64,000 bases of DNA from an uncultured virus (IMG/VR IMGVR_UViG_3300033463_000084) (lineage: Duplodnaviria > Heunggongvirae > Uroviricota > Caudoviricetes). Position 1 is the first letter of the stretch, and each line of letters starts with the position of its first letter. Below, piece by piece: positions 37,402 to 46,145 of this stretch. Made by a program: the position numbers and the translations under genes. Below the pieces are notes generated by a model. That model made no database searches. It saw only the letters and a program-made list of their open reading frames with translations, and was not told the DNA's origin. The stretch lies in the IMG/VR virus record IMGVR_UViG_3300033463_000084; one strand, 5' to 3'.

Positions 37402-37956
37402 TTACAAAAGAACTTGCTGTGCGACTGCGGGTTCACCGGCCATAAAGCCTAAATCGCCCATTTCGCCCATATTGCCCTCGGTAGGCAGAGGCTGCGACGC
37501 AAAGTCGTTCACGTAATCATTCTCGTCCGGCAGCTCGCCGTAAACAACATCGCCTACGCCGGGGAGTGCTGGTGCTGCGCCAACTCCCGAAATGGGAACA
37601 GCGTTATCATCATCATCACCGCCGTTAAGCGTACTCAAGTCTTTTTTGAAAGCCGACTGAACAAGGCTTACGCAACCACTGGCCATAACGCCGAGAGCAG
37701 CGTCTTTGGCTTTTTGGTTTTTTACCGCGAGTGTTGCACCAACACCCACTCCGGCAACGACTGCCGGAACAACCCATTTGGACACTTTCGGCGAAAGTCC
37801 GAGCAAATCTTCCTCCTCGCCCGATGTGCCAACGGTCTTTTTCGACACAAAGTTGTTAATCAGCTTGCCGCAGATGCAACCAAGTGCCACAAAACCAGCG
37901 CGTACCAAACTGTTGACCGCGATAGTTTTCTTCTCTTCAAAAGTTTTCTTTGACAT
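37402..37956 (-). CDS. Membrane protein with 2-3 hydrophobic helices and an acidic Gly-motif tail
   Basis: AGFVALGCICG and VVPAVVAGVGVGATLAV; tail ISGVG, LPGVG, MGEMGDLGFMAG. Confidence 0.75.
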   Translation of the reverse strand: MSKKTFEEKKTIAVNSLVRAGFVALGCICGKLINNFVSKKTVGTSGEEEDLLGLSPKVSKWVVPAVVAGVGVGATLAVKNQKAKDAALGVMASGCVSLVQSAFKKDLSTLNGGDDDDNAVPISGVGAAPALPGVGDVVYGELPDENDYVNDFASQPLPTEGNMGEMGDLGFMAGEPAVAQQVLL

Positions 37957-37976
37957 TTTGATTTGTTTTTAAGTTA

Positions 37977-39371
37977 TTAAAACAGTTCGATTTTCTTGAC
38001 GGCTGATTTCTTGCGTTTTTTGCGCCCAATGCCGCTCAACTTTGCAGCCGGTGCCTCGGCAGCCGGTTTCTTTTTGAGCAGCTTGTAGCCCACAACGCCA
38101 AGAACAACAGCACCAAGACCTATTCCGCCCCAAAGCAGAATTTTTTTCTTTTTGGTGTCAGCCGCTGCCGCGTTGACAACCGTTTCTTGGATTGTGTCCA
38201 TAGTAGATTGATTTTGAATATTAAGATTTGAATTAGCTCCAGTGTTTGCAGGGGCTGCACCAGCGTTTTGGGCTGCGGTGGCAGCTTGCTCAACTTGCTG
38301 TGCGGCGGTGGCAATCTCCGAGGCGGCTGAAGCCGCGTCTTTAGCCTTGCCGGTTACTTTTTGCGCTGCGTTTTTAATGCCAGTGCCTATTGTTTTTGCC
38401 GCGTTCTTAACGCCGTTAGCAATGTTTTTCAGCAAACCGTTCAGTGTTTCCTCATCGTCAAGACCATCAATGCCGTCGAAGCCGTTAATGCCTTGCAGGG
38501 TAATGCGGAAACCGTTGTTGGTGCGCTGAATGTTGATTACCTTGTTTGCCTCGTACACACCTTTCGATGTTACCTTAATCGGGTTGCCAGCCGAGCCTTT
38601 TGTGGCGGCAGCGTTTTTAGTGGCTTTTTTAATAGCCTCTTTCAATCTTCCAAACAAACCGTCCATTACCTCCGGCTCATCAATTCCGTCGAAGCCATCG
38701 AAGCCGTCAGTACCCTCAAGGGTGATTGACAAACCTTTCGGTGTGCGCTCAACGCTCACAATCTTATTGGCCTCATAGACTTTTGCGGCCTCGGCTTTTG
38801 TGAGTTTTTTTGTCGGCTCAACCTTTGCAACCTTAACAGCCGATTTTGCTTTGTCAGCGATTGCTTTTGGATAGCCGGACATTTTTAGCTCTTGTGGTTT
38901 TGCTTGGGCCATAGCTTTTTTAAGCGTGGTTGAAACCTTTGTGGCTTTTGCTGTATTCTTAACAGCGTTGGTGGCATTGGCAACCGCGTCTTTCACAGCA
39001 GCGGCTGATTGCGGTGCGGCAACCACGGTTTTAACTGGTGATACTGTCGATTTAATCTCGACAACCTTTGCCGGTGCTGCCTTTTTGGTGCTGGACTTAC
39101 CAGTTACCTTCTTCACGGCTTTGGCTACGGCTTTTGCGGCTTTCACCTTTTTGCCGTCCAAACCCTCAATGCCGTCAAGCGCTTGAACAAACTTACCGTT
39201 GATAAAGCCCTCGTCGCCCTCGAAGTTCACAGCATACCAGCCGTTGTCGTATGATTGGAGTTCCAATTCCGTGTTCGGCTCAAAAACGCCAATCATTTCG
39301 CCGTCCTTGCTGGGGAGCTTGCGAAAAGGTGCGCCTTTGCCGGCTTCCGTTATGACAATTCCTTTTCCCAT
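37977..39371 (-). CDS. SH3b-domain protein with Gly-motif clusters and C-terminal TM
   Basis: N-terminal FRKLPS..GEMIG...NGWYAVNFEGDEGFINGKFV (SH3b); TM ILLWGGIGLGAVVLGVVGY. Confidence 0.8.
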   Translation of the reverse strand: MGKGIVITEAGKGAPFRKLPSKDGEMIGVFEPNTELELQSYDNGWYAVNFEGDEGFINGKFVQALDGIEGLDGKKVKAAKAVAKAVKKVTGKSSTKKAAPAKVVEIKSTVSPVKTVVAAPQSAAAVKDAVANATNAVKNTAKATKVSTTLKKAMAQAKPQELKMSGYPKAIADKAKSAVKVAKVEPTKKLTKAEAAKVYEANKIVSVERTPKGLSITLEGTDGFDGFDGIDEPEVMDGLFGRLKEAIKKATKNAAATKGSAGNPIKVTSKGVYEANKVINIQRTNNGFRITLQGINGFDGIDGLDDEETLNGLLKNIANGVKNAAKTIGTGIKNAAQKVTGKAKDAASAASEIATAAQQVEQAATAAQNAGAAPANTGANSNLNIQNQSTMDTIQETVVNAAAADTKKKKILLWGGIGLGAVVLGVVGYKLLKKKPAAEAPAAKLSGIGRKKRKKSAVKKIELF

Positions 39372-39385
39372 TTTTTTAAAATGTT

Positions 39386-42300
39386 TTAATTGTTACTTTG
39401 ATTGTTATTTCTGCCTCTAAATGCAAAGGCAAACAGCCCCAAACCTACCACGGCGGCTCCGCCTATTATTAAAGTCTTTTTGTTGATTCCGCTTTGCTGC
39501 GATTCCTGCTGCTTTGGTTTAGCGGTCTGCATTTGTTGTTCGCCCTGCGACCAGTTCTGCTGTCCGTTGCCCGGCATTGGATATTCGGGGCTGTAAGACG
39601 GCTGCTGTTGCTGCGACTGCGAAGATGATGGAGCTGGTGTCGGTTGTTCACCGTCGCCGCCCTCGTCGCTGTCATTGTCGGCTGGCGAAAAATCTTCTTT
39701 CAGCTCTTGTCCAAACTCGACAACTCCCTTTACATTCTCGTAGAAATTTTTGAGTTTCAAGCAGATTCCCAAGATGGTTGACGAAGCGGCTGTTACCGAA
39801 GCTGCAACGGTTGCGGCCTCGCCAAGCCCGGCTATCGAATCGTAGCCATTGTTGCACAATCCCGAAATAACCGCAACCGGCTGACCGTCGGGAGTGTAAA
39901 CCTCGTCCAATGCCGATATTTTCACATAACCGCTATACTTATTGTCGGTTGTGGTGGCGGCAATCCAAGTGCCGTCGGTCATTGTCTTATCTTCGGTCTC
40001 AATATAGAGTGCTGTACCCTTTGGCAGTTCCGCAACTTTTTTTGAGCTTTCACCGCCTTGTTCATACATCACGGTAGCCTCTTTGGTTGTGCGCTGGTTG
40101 GTAAGCTGCGTTTCTTCCTTATCCTCTTTGTATGGCACATCTTCGGGGAGCGTATCGTCAGCTTTGACGGTTGCGCCCTTGCTTTCGGCAATGGCTTTGA
40201 GTTCGTTATTACCCTCATCAATGTCGGCTTGAAGTTCCTCTACAATTTCCTCGTCGGCTTCAGCTTCTTGTGCGGCTGCTTTTATCTCGTCCTCGGTTGG
40301 TTCGAGTGTGCCGCTCCACTTTTTCGACGCACCTTTTTCAAGAGCTGCCAGCAGCTTGCTTTCCTTTCCACCAAGTTTTGTAAATATCTTGTGGATATGG
40401 TCGTAGGCTTTCTTTTGAGCCTCGTATTCTTCGGGTGTTATGCCGTATGTGCTGATGGCTTCTTCCTCGGTCATTGAGCCTAAATAGCTGCGGCTGGCCA
40501 TCTTAAACATATTCAAGCGGAACGCAACCAGCAAACCGGCTTTTATAAGCAGGGTGATAGGGTTGTAAAGCAGCACGGCGCGGACAATCTTCTTTGTCAT
40601 TTGCAGCGCCACTTTGGTAACTTTCTTTGTTATCTTGATAGCCGCCACGGTCGGCTTAACAATAGTCTCTTTTACAAGCGTTTTTGTCGGTTCAACCACG
40701 GCTTTTTTAATCACATCTTTCCCCGATTCAGCGGTTGCTTTAGCCACGGTCTTTGTCGGTTCAACCACGGCGTTTTTAACCAAATTTTTGGTTTCCTGCA
40801 CTGTGGTTTTAACAGCCGTTTTGGTTGGCTCAACAACCGTTTTCTTAACCAAATCCTTTGTTGTGTCAACAGCTTGCTTTACAACGGTTTTTGTCGGAGC
40901 TACAACAGTGTTTTTAACAAGGTCTTTAGTTTCCTTAACAGCGGTTTTAACAGCCGTTTTGGTTGGCTCAACCACGGTGTTTTTAACCACGTTTTTGGTG
41001 GTGGAGACAGCCGTTTTAGCATTGTCTTTTACAACTGCGGCGGTTGTTTTAGCCACATCTTTAACTGCGGTTACAACGGCCTTTGCAGGCTGCGTAACTG
41101 CGGCTTTGGCTTGTTCGCCAGCCTTTTTCAGTGTCTCCTTTGCAGCTTCTTTGTTACCAGTTGCTGCTTGCACACCAGCTTTCACGACATTAGCTGTGGC
41201 CTTTGTCGCGTTGACAGCCGATTTAGCGGCTGCGGCGGTTGTTTTAGCAGCCGTTTTTACGGCAGTAGTGGTTGTTTTAGCCACGGTCTTTGCTGCCGTT
41301 TTGGTGGTATCGGCCACGGCTTTAGCCACTGATTTAGTAGCGTTTGCTGCGGTCTTTGCTGCGGCGGTAGTTACATTCTTTGTGGTGTTCGCCACTTGTT
41401 TGACAGCCGTACCAGTCGCTTTTACGGCGGCTTTGGTGGTGTTGGCTGCGGCGTTAGCAACGCTCTTTGTCGCGTTTGCCGTTGTTTTTACGGCGGCGGT
41501 GGCAACGTTCTTTGTGGTGTTCGCCACTTGTTTGACAGCCGTACCAGTCGCTTTTACTGCGGCTTTGGTGGTGTTGGCGGCGGCGTTGGCCACGCTCTTT
41601 GTGGCGGTGGCGGTTGTTTTTGCAACATTGGTTGCAGTGTTGGCAACCGCTTTTGCAGTGTTGGTGGCGGCGGTCTTGACGGCGCTTGTGGCCTTTTTAA
41701 CCAATTTTTTAAGTTTGCCGTTCAATTCACCCAATCCCTCAAAACCGTTAAGCGTCTCGTATTTAGAGACTAAAGCGTCCATCGCCTTATCATTGCCTAT
41801 AACTGGTATGAGTTGCGAAAGCATTTTACGCACAGCGTTTGCCTCGGCTTCGGTGTCATAGAAAGCCAGCGGTTGAGCTGCTATTGCTCCGCTCAATCGT
41901 GCAAAATAGCGTCGGCAGTTGTCGATATTATCCTGCACTGTCAAGCCCTCGTCGGCATTGTAGGCGAAATCAACGCCATACATCAAGAATTGCAAATCAT
42001 CGTCGATTCCCGAAAGTCCGTTAAGACCTTGCAGCGAAGCGATTGAGATTGTTACGACCGGCACGCGGATTGTCTTTGTGCGGACATAACCGTTTTTAAT
42101 TTTTGTTTGGCGCAAGTTCTTTGTTGTCGGCTTGCGGTTCGCGCCAACATTCTGCCTAATTGTGGCTTTCAGCTTGCGAGTGAATGTATTGTCGTTCACC
42201 AATTCAGCGTCTTTCGAGGCTACATTGGCGAATGTTGTTGTCTTTTTCAGTCGGTTGAACAAACCGCGCTTGTTGGGCAGCGTCTCAACAGCACCATTCT

Positions 42301-42853
42301 TCAAAACGCGCTGTGTGTCCGGGTCGTAGTTTTCGCCCGGCTCCAAAAAATGAGCGTCGCTCTCGTTGTTTGCGAGGCGAATCTTGCCCTCGTCGATAAG
42401 ACGGCTTTCCTCACGCGCCATATTATCAATGGCTTGTTCACGGTTTGCGCTATCCCAATTATCAATAACGTAGCCGAGCATATCGCTTAATTGCTGCGGA
42501 TTTTGATAAATGGCCACGGCCTGCGGCGCACTGTCAACCACTTGTTTTGTGCGGAGCAGATGATTATAAATCATTTCCGAATCCTCAATCGAGCCGTTGC
42601 CTTGATAACCAACGAAATCCAGTCCTTTGGTAAGATAGCCGATGTTACGCACCGTCTTGTTGTCGAGGCCGCGAGTGTAATACTGCACGGCGGCTTGACG
42701 GCGGCGAATTTTATCCGGCGTTTCCATCGTCCAACGCTGAAATTTGCCACGGCGAGTTTTGCCAGCAGTATTGAGCTGCTGATTGTAGGCTGTCTCGGCT
42801 GGTGCGCCATTCAAAAACTGTATAGGTATTCCGTTCATAATGTTATCCTTCAA
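39386..42853 (-). CDS. Large membrane-anchored protein with 11-mer amphipathic repeats and an SH3b domain
   Basis: About 360 aa A/T/K/V repeat region; SH3b-like TVMYEQGGESSKKVAELPKG...GTWI...YSGYVK; C-terminal TM LIIGGAAVVGLGLFAFAF. Confidence 0.8.
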   Translation of the reverse strand: MKDNIMNGIPIQFLNGAPAETAYNQQLNTAGKTRRGKFQRWTMETPDKIRRRQAAVQYYTRGLDNKTVRNIGYLTKGLDFVGYQGNGSIEDSEMIYNHLLRTKQVVDSAPQAVAIYQNPQQLSDMLGYVIDNWDSANREQAIDNMAREESRLIDEGKIRLANNESDAHFLEPGENYDPDTQRVLKNGAVETLPNKRGLFNRLKKTTTFANVASKDAELVNDNTFTRKLKATIRQNVGANRKPTTKNLRQTKIKNGYVRTKTIRVPVVTISIASLQGLNGLSGIDDDLQFLMYGVDFAYNADEGLTVQDNIDNCRRYFARLSGAIAAQPLAFYDTEAEANAVRKMLSQLIPVIGNDKAMDALVSKYETLNGFEGLGELNGKLKKLVKKATSAVKTAATNTAKAVANTATNVAKTTATATKSVANAAANTTKAAVKATGTAVKQVANTTKNVATAAVKTTANATKSVANAAANTTKAAVKATGTAVKQVANTTKNVTTAAAKTAANATKSVAKAVADTTKTAAKTVAKTTTTAVKTAAKTTAAAAKSAVNATKATANVVKAGVQAATGNKEAAKETLKKAGEQAKAAVTQPAKAVVTAVKDVAKTTAAVVKDNAKTAVSTTKNVVKNTVVEPTKTAVKTAVKETKDLVKNTVVAPTKTVVKQAVDTTKDLVKKTVVEPTKTAVKTTVQETKNLVKNAVVEPTKTVAKATAESGKDVIKKAVVEPTKTLVKETIVKPTVAAIKITKKVTKVALQMTKKIVRAVLLYNPITLLIKAGLLVAFRLNMFKMASRSYLGSMTEEEAISTYGITPEEYEAQKKAYDHIHKIFTKLGGKESKLLAALEKGASKKWSGTLEPTEDEIKAAAQEAEADEEIVEELQADIDEGNNELKAIAESKGATVKADDTLPEDVPYKEDKEETQLTNQRTTKEATVMYEQGGESSKKVAELPKGTALYIETEDKTMTDGTWIAATTTDNKYSGYVKISALDEVYTPDGQPVAVISGLCNNGYDSIAGLGEAATVAASVTAASSTILGICLKLKNFYENVKGVVEFGQELKEDFSPADNDSDEGGDGEQPTPAPSSSQSQQQQPSYSPEYPMPGNGQQNWSQGEQQMQTAKPKQQESQQSGINKKTLIIGGAAVVGLGLFAFAFRGRNNNQSNN

Positions 42854-43874
42854 ATGTTCTTGTTGGTTTTTTCTCGGCGAAGCACTGGTCTAATACCGGG
42901 TCAACCGTGTAATAGCCGTTCTCGTAAGGCACAATCACGTAAACGTGCTGCCAGCCGCGCTGATAAGCTGCCACGCGAAACTTGTATTTGATGTTCAAGT
43001 TTTCAAGAATAGAGCCGATGAGAGTTGCAAAACAGTCGCAGTCGCCCTTTTGGTCGTACAGTGCGCGAAGCGGACGGCGTACTTGTTCAACCATCGGGTT
43101 GTCTTTCACGTACTGAACGTGCGAATAGACAAAATCGAAGATGTTTTGCAGCGTTTCTTTCAGCGTCGGGCGTTTGAGCCATTGAGCCAATTTTGTGGTG
43201 TCCGATTTATATTTGACGGCCACTTTACGCATAAGCGCAACAGTGTCGTGTTCGTCGCCATTTTCAAATAGGATAGGGTCGGTTTGCTCCAGTGCCTCAC
43301 GCGGTGGAATATAGGCGGCATAATCGCTTATCGGGCGAATATTGCGGACGGTCGAGGCAGTAAGCCCCAAACCGTTAACACCCATAAGGCTCAAATTGTA
43401 GCTTTGTGTTTGATTGAGCGGCTGGGCAAACTGCAAGCGGTAGTTGTCAACGCCTATTGTAGCCTTGACTTGCAGGTATTTCAACAGCTCATCATAGTTG
43501 CCTTTTGTTATCCAGTCAGTGATGTTCTGCCCGGCGACAGCAACCAATCGGGAAAATGGAACGGCGCATACCATTGAGATAACGCCGTTTTTGCCCATCT
43601 TCCGACTAACACTATTATAAACCACACTTGAGAGGTCGTAGCCATTGTAGGTAAGCCCTACGCCATCAATCGAAACGGTTGATTCTTTGTATTGGTTGAT
43701 TGTGAATGACAAAGGAATGTTGAGCGCGGAATTGCTAAACGACAGCGCATTATTTATTTGTGCGCGTGCAGAAAAATTCTCGCCAGTGGACTTTAGAAGC
43801 CCCTTTTTGGTGAGAACCTTGTAAATCCCGAAGCCAACGGCAATCGCAATCAATATTTTCGTTCCTTTATTCAT
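42843..43874 (-). CDS. Transglutaminase-like (Cys-His-Asp) protease with N-terminal TM
   Basis: GDCDCFATL (Cys), WQHVYV (His), TVDPV (Asp); first gene of the morphogenesis operon. Confidence 0.8.
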   Translation of the reverse strand: MNKGTKILIAIAVGFGIYKVLTKKGLLKSTGENFSARAQINNALSFSNSALNIPLSFTINQYKESTVSIDGVGLTYNGYDLSSVVYNSVSRKMGKNGVISMVCAVPFSRLVAVAGQNITDWITKGNYDELLKYLQVKATIGVDNYRLQFAQPLNQTQSYNLSLMGVNGLGLTASTVRNIRPISDYAAYIPPREALEQTDPILFENGDEHDTVALMRKVAVKYKSDTTKLAQWLKRPTLKETLQNIFDFVYSHVQYVKDNPMVEQVRRPLRALYDQKGDCDCFATLIGSILENLNIKYKFRVAAYQRGWQHVYVIVPYENGYYTVDPVLDQCFAEKKPTRTFEG

Positions 43875-44291
43875 ATCGTTTCAAAAAAGGCGGAGGGGCG
43901 TTTGAGACCAACTAAAAAGTGCAGCGTCCTGCGAAAAAATATGGTAGCTCCTCACTTAAAGCCTTGTGAAACAAATTTATGTAGGCTGTGGGCGGTTAAA
44001 AATTCCGTGAATTTCCAAATGTAGTTTAGAGGCTGTTTCGGGATAATTATGGTTGTTTATAAGAAATAATGGCCGATTGTGGCAGATTATAAGTAATTAA
44101 ACGGAACAACAAGCGCGTGGTTTGGGTGTTTTACAACAATCTCTAATTCCGTATAATTCCAAGCCACGGCATATTTTTTAAAGGGCATAGGTGGCGGCTG
44201 GTGATTTCCTTACGAACAAAACGCTGATTGCAGCGCCCAAAATGTTGTTTGTTCAAACTACAAGAAACTACAATAAATTACCGTCTCAATC

Positions 44292-44395
44292 GGGAAAGTT
44301 TTGAAAAGTGGTCGGGTTGGGGTCGGAAAGTGGTCGGAAAGTGAACGGAAAGTGGACGGAAAAGTTTTGGAAAAGTTTTGGAAAAGTTTTGGAAA
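44292..44395. repeat. Tandem 11-bp repeats (GGAAAAGTTTT / GGAAAGTGGTC family)
   Basis: ggaaagtggtc ggaaagtgaac ggaaagtggac ggaaaagtttt ggaaaagtttt ggaaaagtttt. Confidence 0.85.
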
Positions 44396-44571
44396 CGATT
44401 GGATTTCCAATCGGAAACCCCAAACTTTTCCGATGGAAACAAGGCTGATTTTGGTTCGCGTTCCTGCGAAAAACTGCCCGAAACCTAAAACTCTGCGGAG
44501 CTACGCGCAAAATTGTTCGGTTTGCGTTCCGATGGCGTATCGAGAGAGTTGGCGACGATTATAATATTAAG

Positions 44572-44808
44572 TTACGGCAATATTGTGTTCTCGGCCTTTT
44601 CTGCCTCTATTATTGCACTCAACGATTCTTCTATCAGCCGCGCCAGCCTTTTGCTTGGCTTTTCTTTTTGGGCAATTTCCAATAGCTTCTTCTTTTCGTT
44701 TCTATCAATGGTTGTCATTGCTTTATTGTAAAGCCGTCTTGCCTTTGAAAACAAGGCAATAATTCTTTCAATCAATCCAACGGTGGCGGTTACATTTGAA
44801 AATTCCAT
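44572..44808 (-). CDS. Small helical protein co-transcribed with the repressor
   Basis: 78 aa ORF immediately downstream of 44815..45129. Confidence 0.6.
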   Translation of the reverse strand: MEFSNVTATVGLIERIIALFSKARRLYNKAMTTIDRNEKKKLLEIAQKEKPSKRLARLIEESLSAIIEAEKAENTILP

Positions 44809-44814
44809 ATATTT

Positions 44815-45129
44815 CTATTTTAATATCTTAACCAGCTTCTTATCATTGATATATTTAAGCACATCGGCGATTTTGTTCTCATCAATCTTTATTTGTAGCA
44901 GCACTTCGGTTTTCGTTTCCTCTTGGTTTTTGAATAAGTAAGAAAAATCATAATCAAGAAACTCTCCAGCCTTAATCAATTTGATTACGTGCCAGTCTGC
45001 CGATTCCAACATTCGGTTAATATTTTGCACGTTTACACCCATATATCGGGCAAATTCCGACTTGTTTATACCGCCTTTATCTGCAATTATTTGCGATATT
45101 ATCTTACCTATATGTATCTCCCCTTTCAT
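44815..45129 (-). CDS. cI-like HTH repressor
   Basis: IHIGKII...GINKSEFARYMGVNVQNINRML; divergent from a Cro-like gene. Confidence 0.8.
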   Translation of the reverse strand: MKGEIHIGKIISQIIADKGGINKSEFARYMGVNVQNINRMLESADWHVIKLIKAGEFLDYDFSYLFKNQEETKTEVLLQIKIDENKIADVLKYINDKKLVKILK

Positions 45130-45215
45130 AAAACACTATTTAACAAACATTTATATATACTACCATAAATTTTGATTAAAATACTTAATTTTTTTGCTTA
45201 AAAACCATTGTTGGT

Positions 45216-45237
45216 TTAATCATAATGATTAAGTTTG
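45216..45237 (+). promoter_or_regulatory. Early promoter -7 box overlapped by a palindromic operator
   Basis: TTAATCAT-A-ATGATTAA (45216-45232) overlapping TAAGTTTG (45230-45237). Confidence 0.7.
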
Positions 45238-45260
45238 CAACGTTCTTAAACATTAAGAAA

Positions 45261-45440
45261 ATGGAAACATCGAAAATCAATCCAGTACAGCCGAAGCGCG
45301 GAACGCTGCAACGAATGGCAAGAGCGTTTGACCGCTCAACGGCCTCAATCAGCCAGCACTTGTCGGGCATAACCAACAACGATTTAAGCCAGCGCATACG
45401 CAAAATGGCGTTAGAGCTGGGTGGACGCGAAACAAAGTAA
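45261..45440 (+). CDS. Cro-like HTH protein (start corrected to METSKIN)
   Basis: GTLQRMARAFDRSTASISQHLSG...LSQRIRKMALELGG. Confidence 0.75.
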   Translation: METSKINPVQPKRGTLQRMARAFDRSTASISQHLSGITNNDLSQRIRKMALELGGRETK

Positions 45441-45463
45441 TCACACTATTAAACTATACAACT

Positions 45464-45589
45464 ATGGACTTATTTACACTTGGTTACATCGGAGTTTGCA
45501 CGGCAGTTTTCGCGGTCGTTATCTGCGCGGCGGTACTGTGCCAAAAATGGGAGAACTACATCAAAGAGAACATCATCAACAAAAAATGA
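45464..45589 (+). CDS. 41-aa single-TM peptide absent from the ORF track
   Basis: Own translation MDLFTLGYIGVCTAVFAVVICAAVLCQKWENYIKENIINKK. Confidence 0.55.
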   Translation: MDLFTLGYIGVCTAVFAVVICAAVLCQKWENYIKENIINKK

Positions 45590-45740
45590 CACAAAAGCGG
45601 TGCGGCGACACAAGCCTATGGCACTCAAGGCAATTACTCATAATTATTAAGGATAACTTTTTTCATTGTCAGTTTAAGTTTTTCACACAACAGCCGCACC
45701 GCTTTTTAAAATCGAATAATACACTTTAACACTTAACACT

Positions 45741-46133
45741 ATGACCACACAAGCAGAAAACATTATTGCAGGATTGAGCGACGAGCAAAAACTATTGCTT
45801 GCCGACACAATCGTTTATGGCGGCTGGGGCGACACCGGCGGCGAGGATTTTAACGGCGAGGAAGATTATGGCTTCGTCTATCTGCCTAACGAGGCTTGGC
45901 GCGGAGAACACTTTGAACGCAAGGAGCTGTCCGCAAAGTTTAAAGAACTATACAAGGCTTTAGGAATGACCGACGAGGGTGAATGGTTCAAAACCAATGG
46001 CGTTATCAACTGGCATAAAGACTGGTGGGACGATGGCAGCGGTTCGGTAATCATTATACAAAGCGGTTTGTATGAAGAACTGAACACTTGGGCTGAATCA
46101 TACGTGAAGCAATACAATTCCAATAACCAATAA
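45741..46133 (+). CDS. Hypothetical acidic early protein
   Basis: In-operon ORF with A-rich leader. Confidence 0.7.
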   Translation: MTTQAENIIAGLSDEQKLLLADTIVYGGWGDTGGEDFNGEEDYGFVYLPNEAWRGEHFERKELSAKFKELYKALGMTDEGEWFKTNGVINWHKDWWDDGSGSVIIIQSGLYEELNTWAESYVKQYNSNNQ

Positions 46134-46145
46134 TCACTTTAAGAT

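Noticed and set aside
40601..41861. Long + strand ORFs (243 aa and 415 aa)
   Set aside because: Antisense shadows of the low-complexity repeat region of 39386..42853
39386..42853. Classical tail tape measure protein
   Set aside because: No adjacent tail tube, assembly chaperone or baseplate genes recognised; it has a C-terminal TM and SH3b and precedes the capsid candidates
44292..44395. Possible CRISPR array
   Set aside because: The units are 11-bp tandem repeats with no unique spacers, and no cas genes are present
44286..44564. Short ORFs over the repeat tract
   Set aside because: Translations simply mirror the tandem DNA repeats; more likely non-coding
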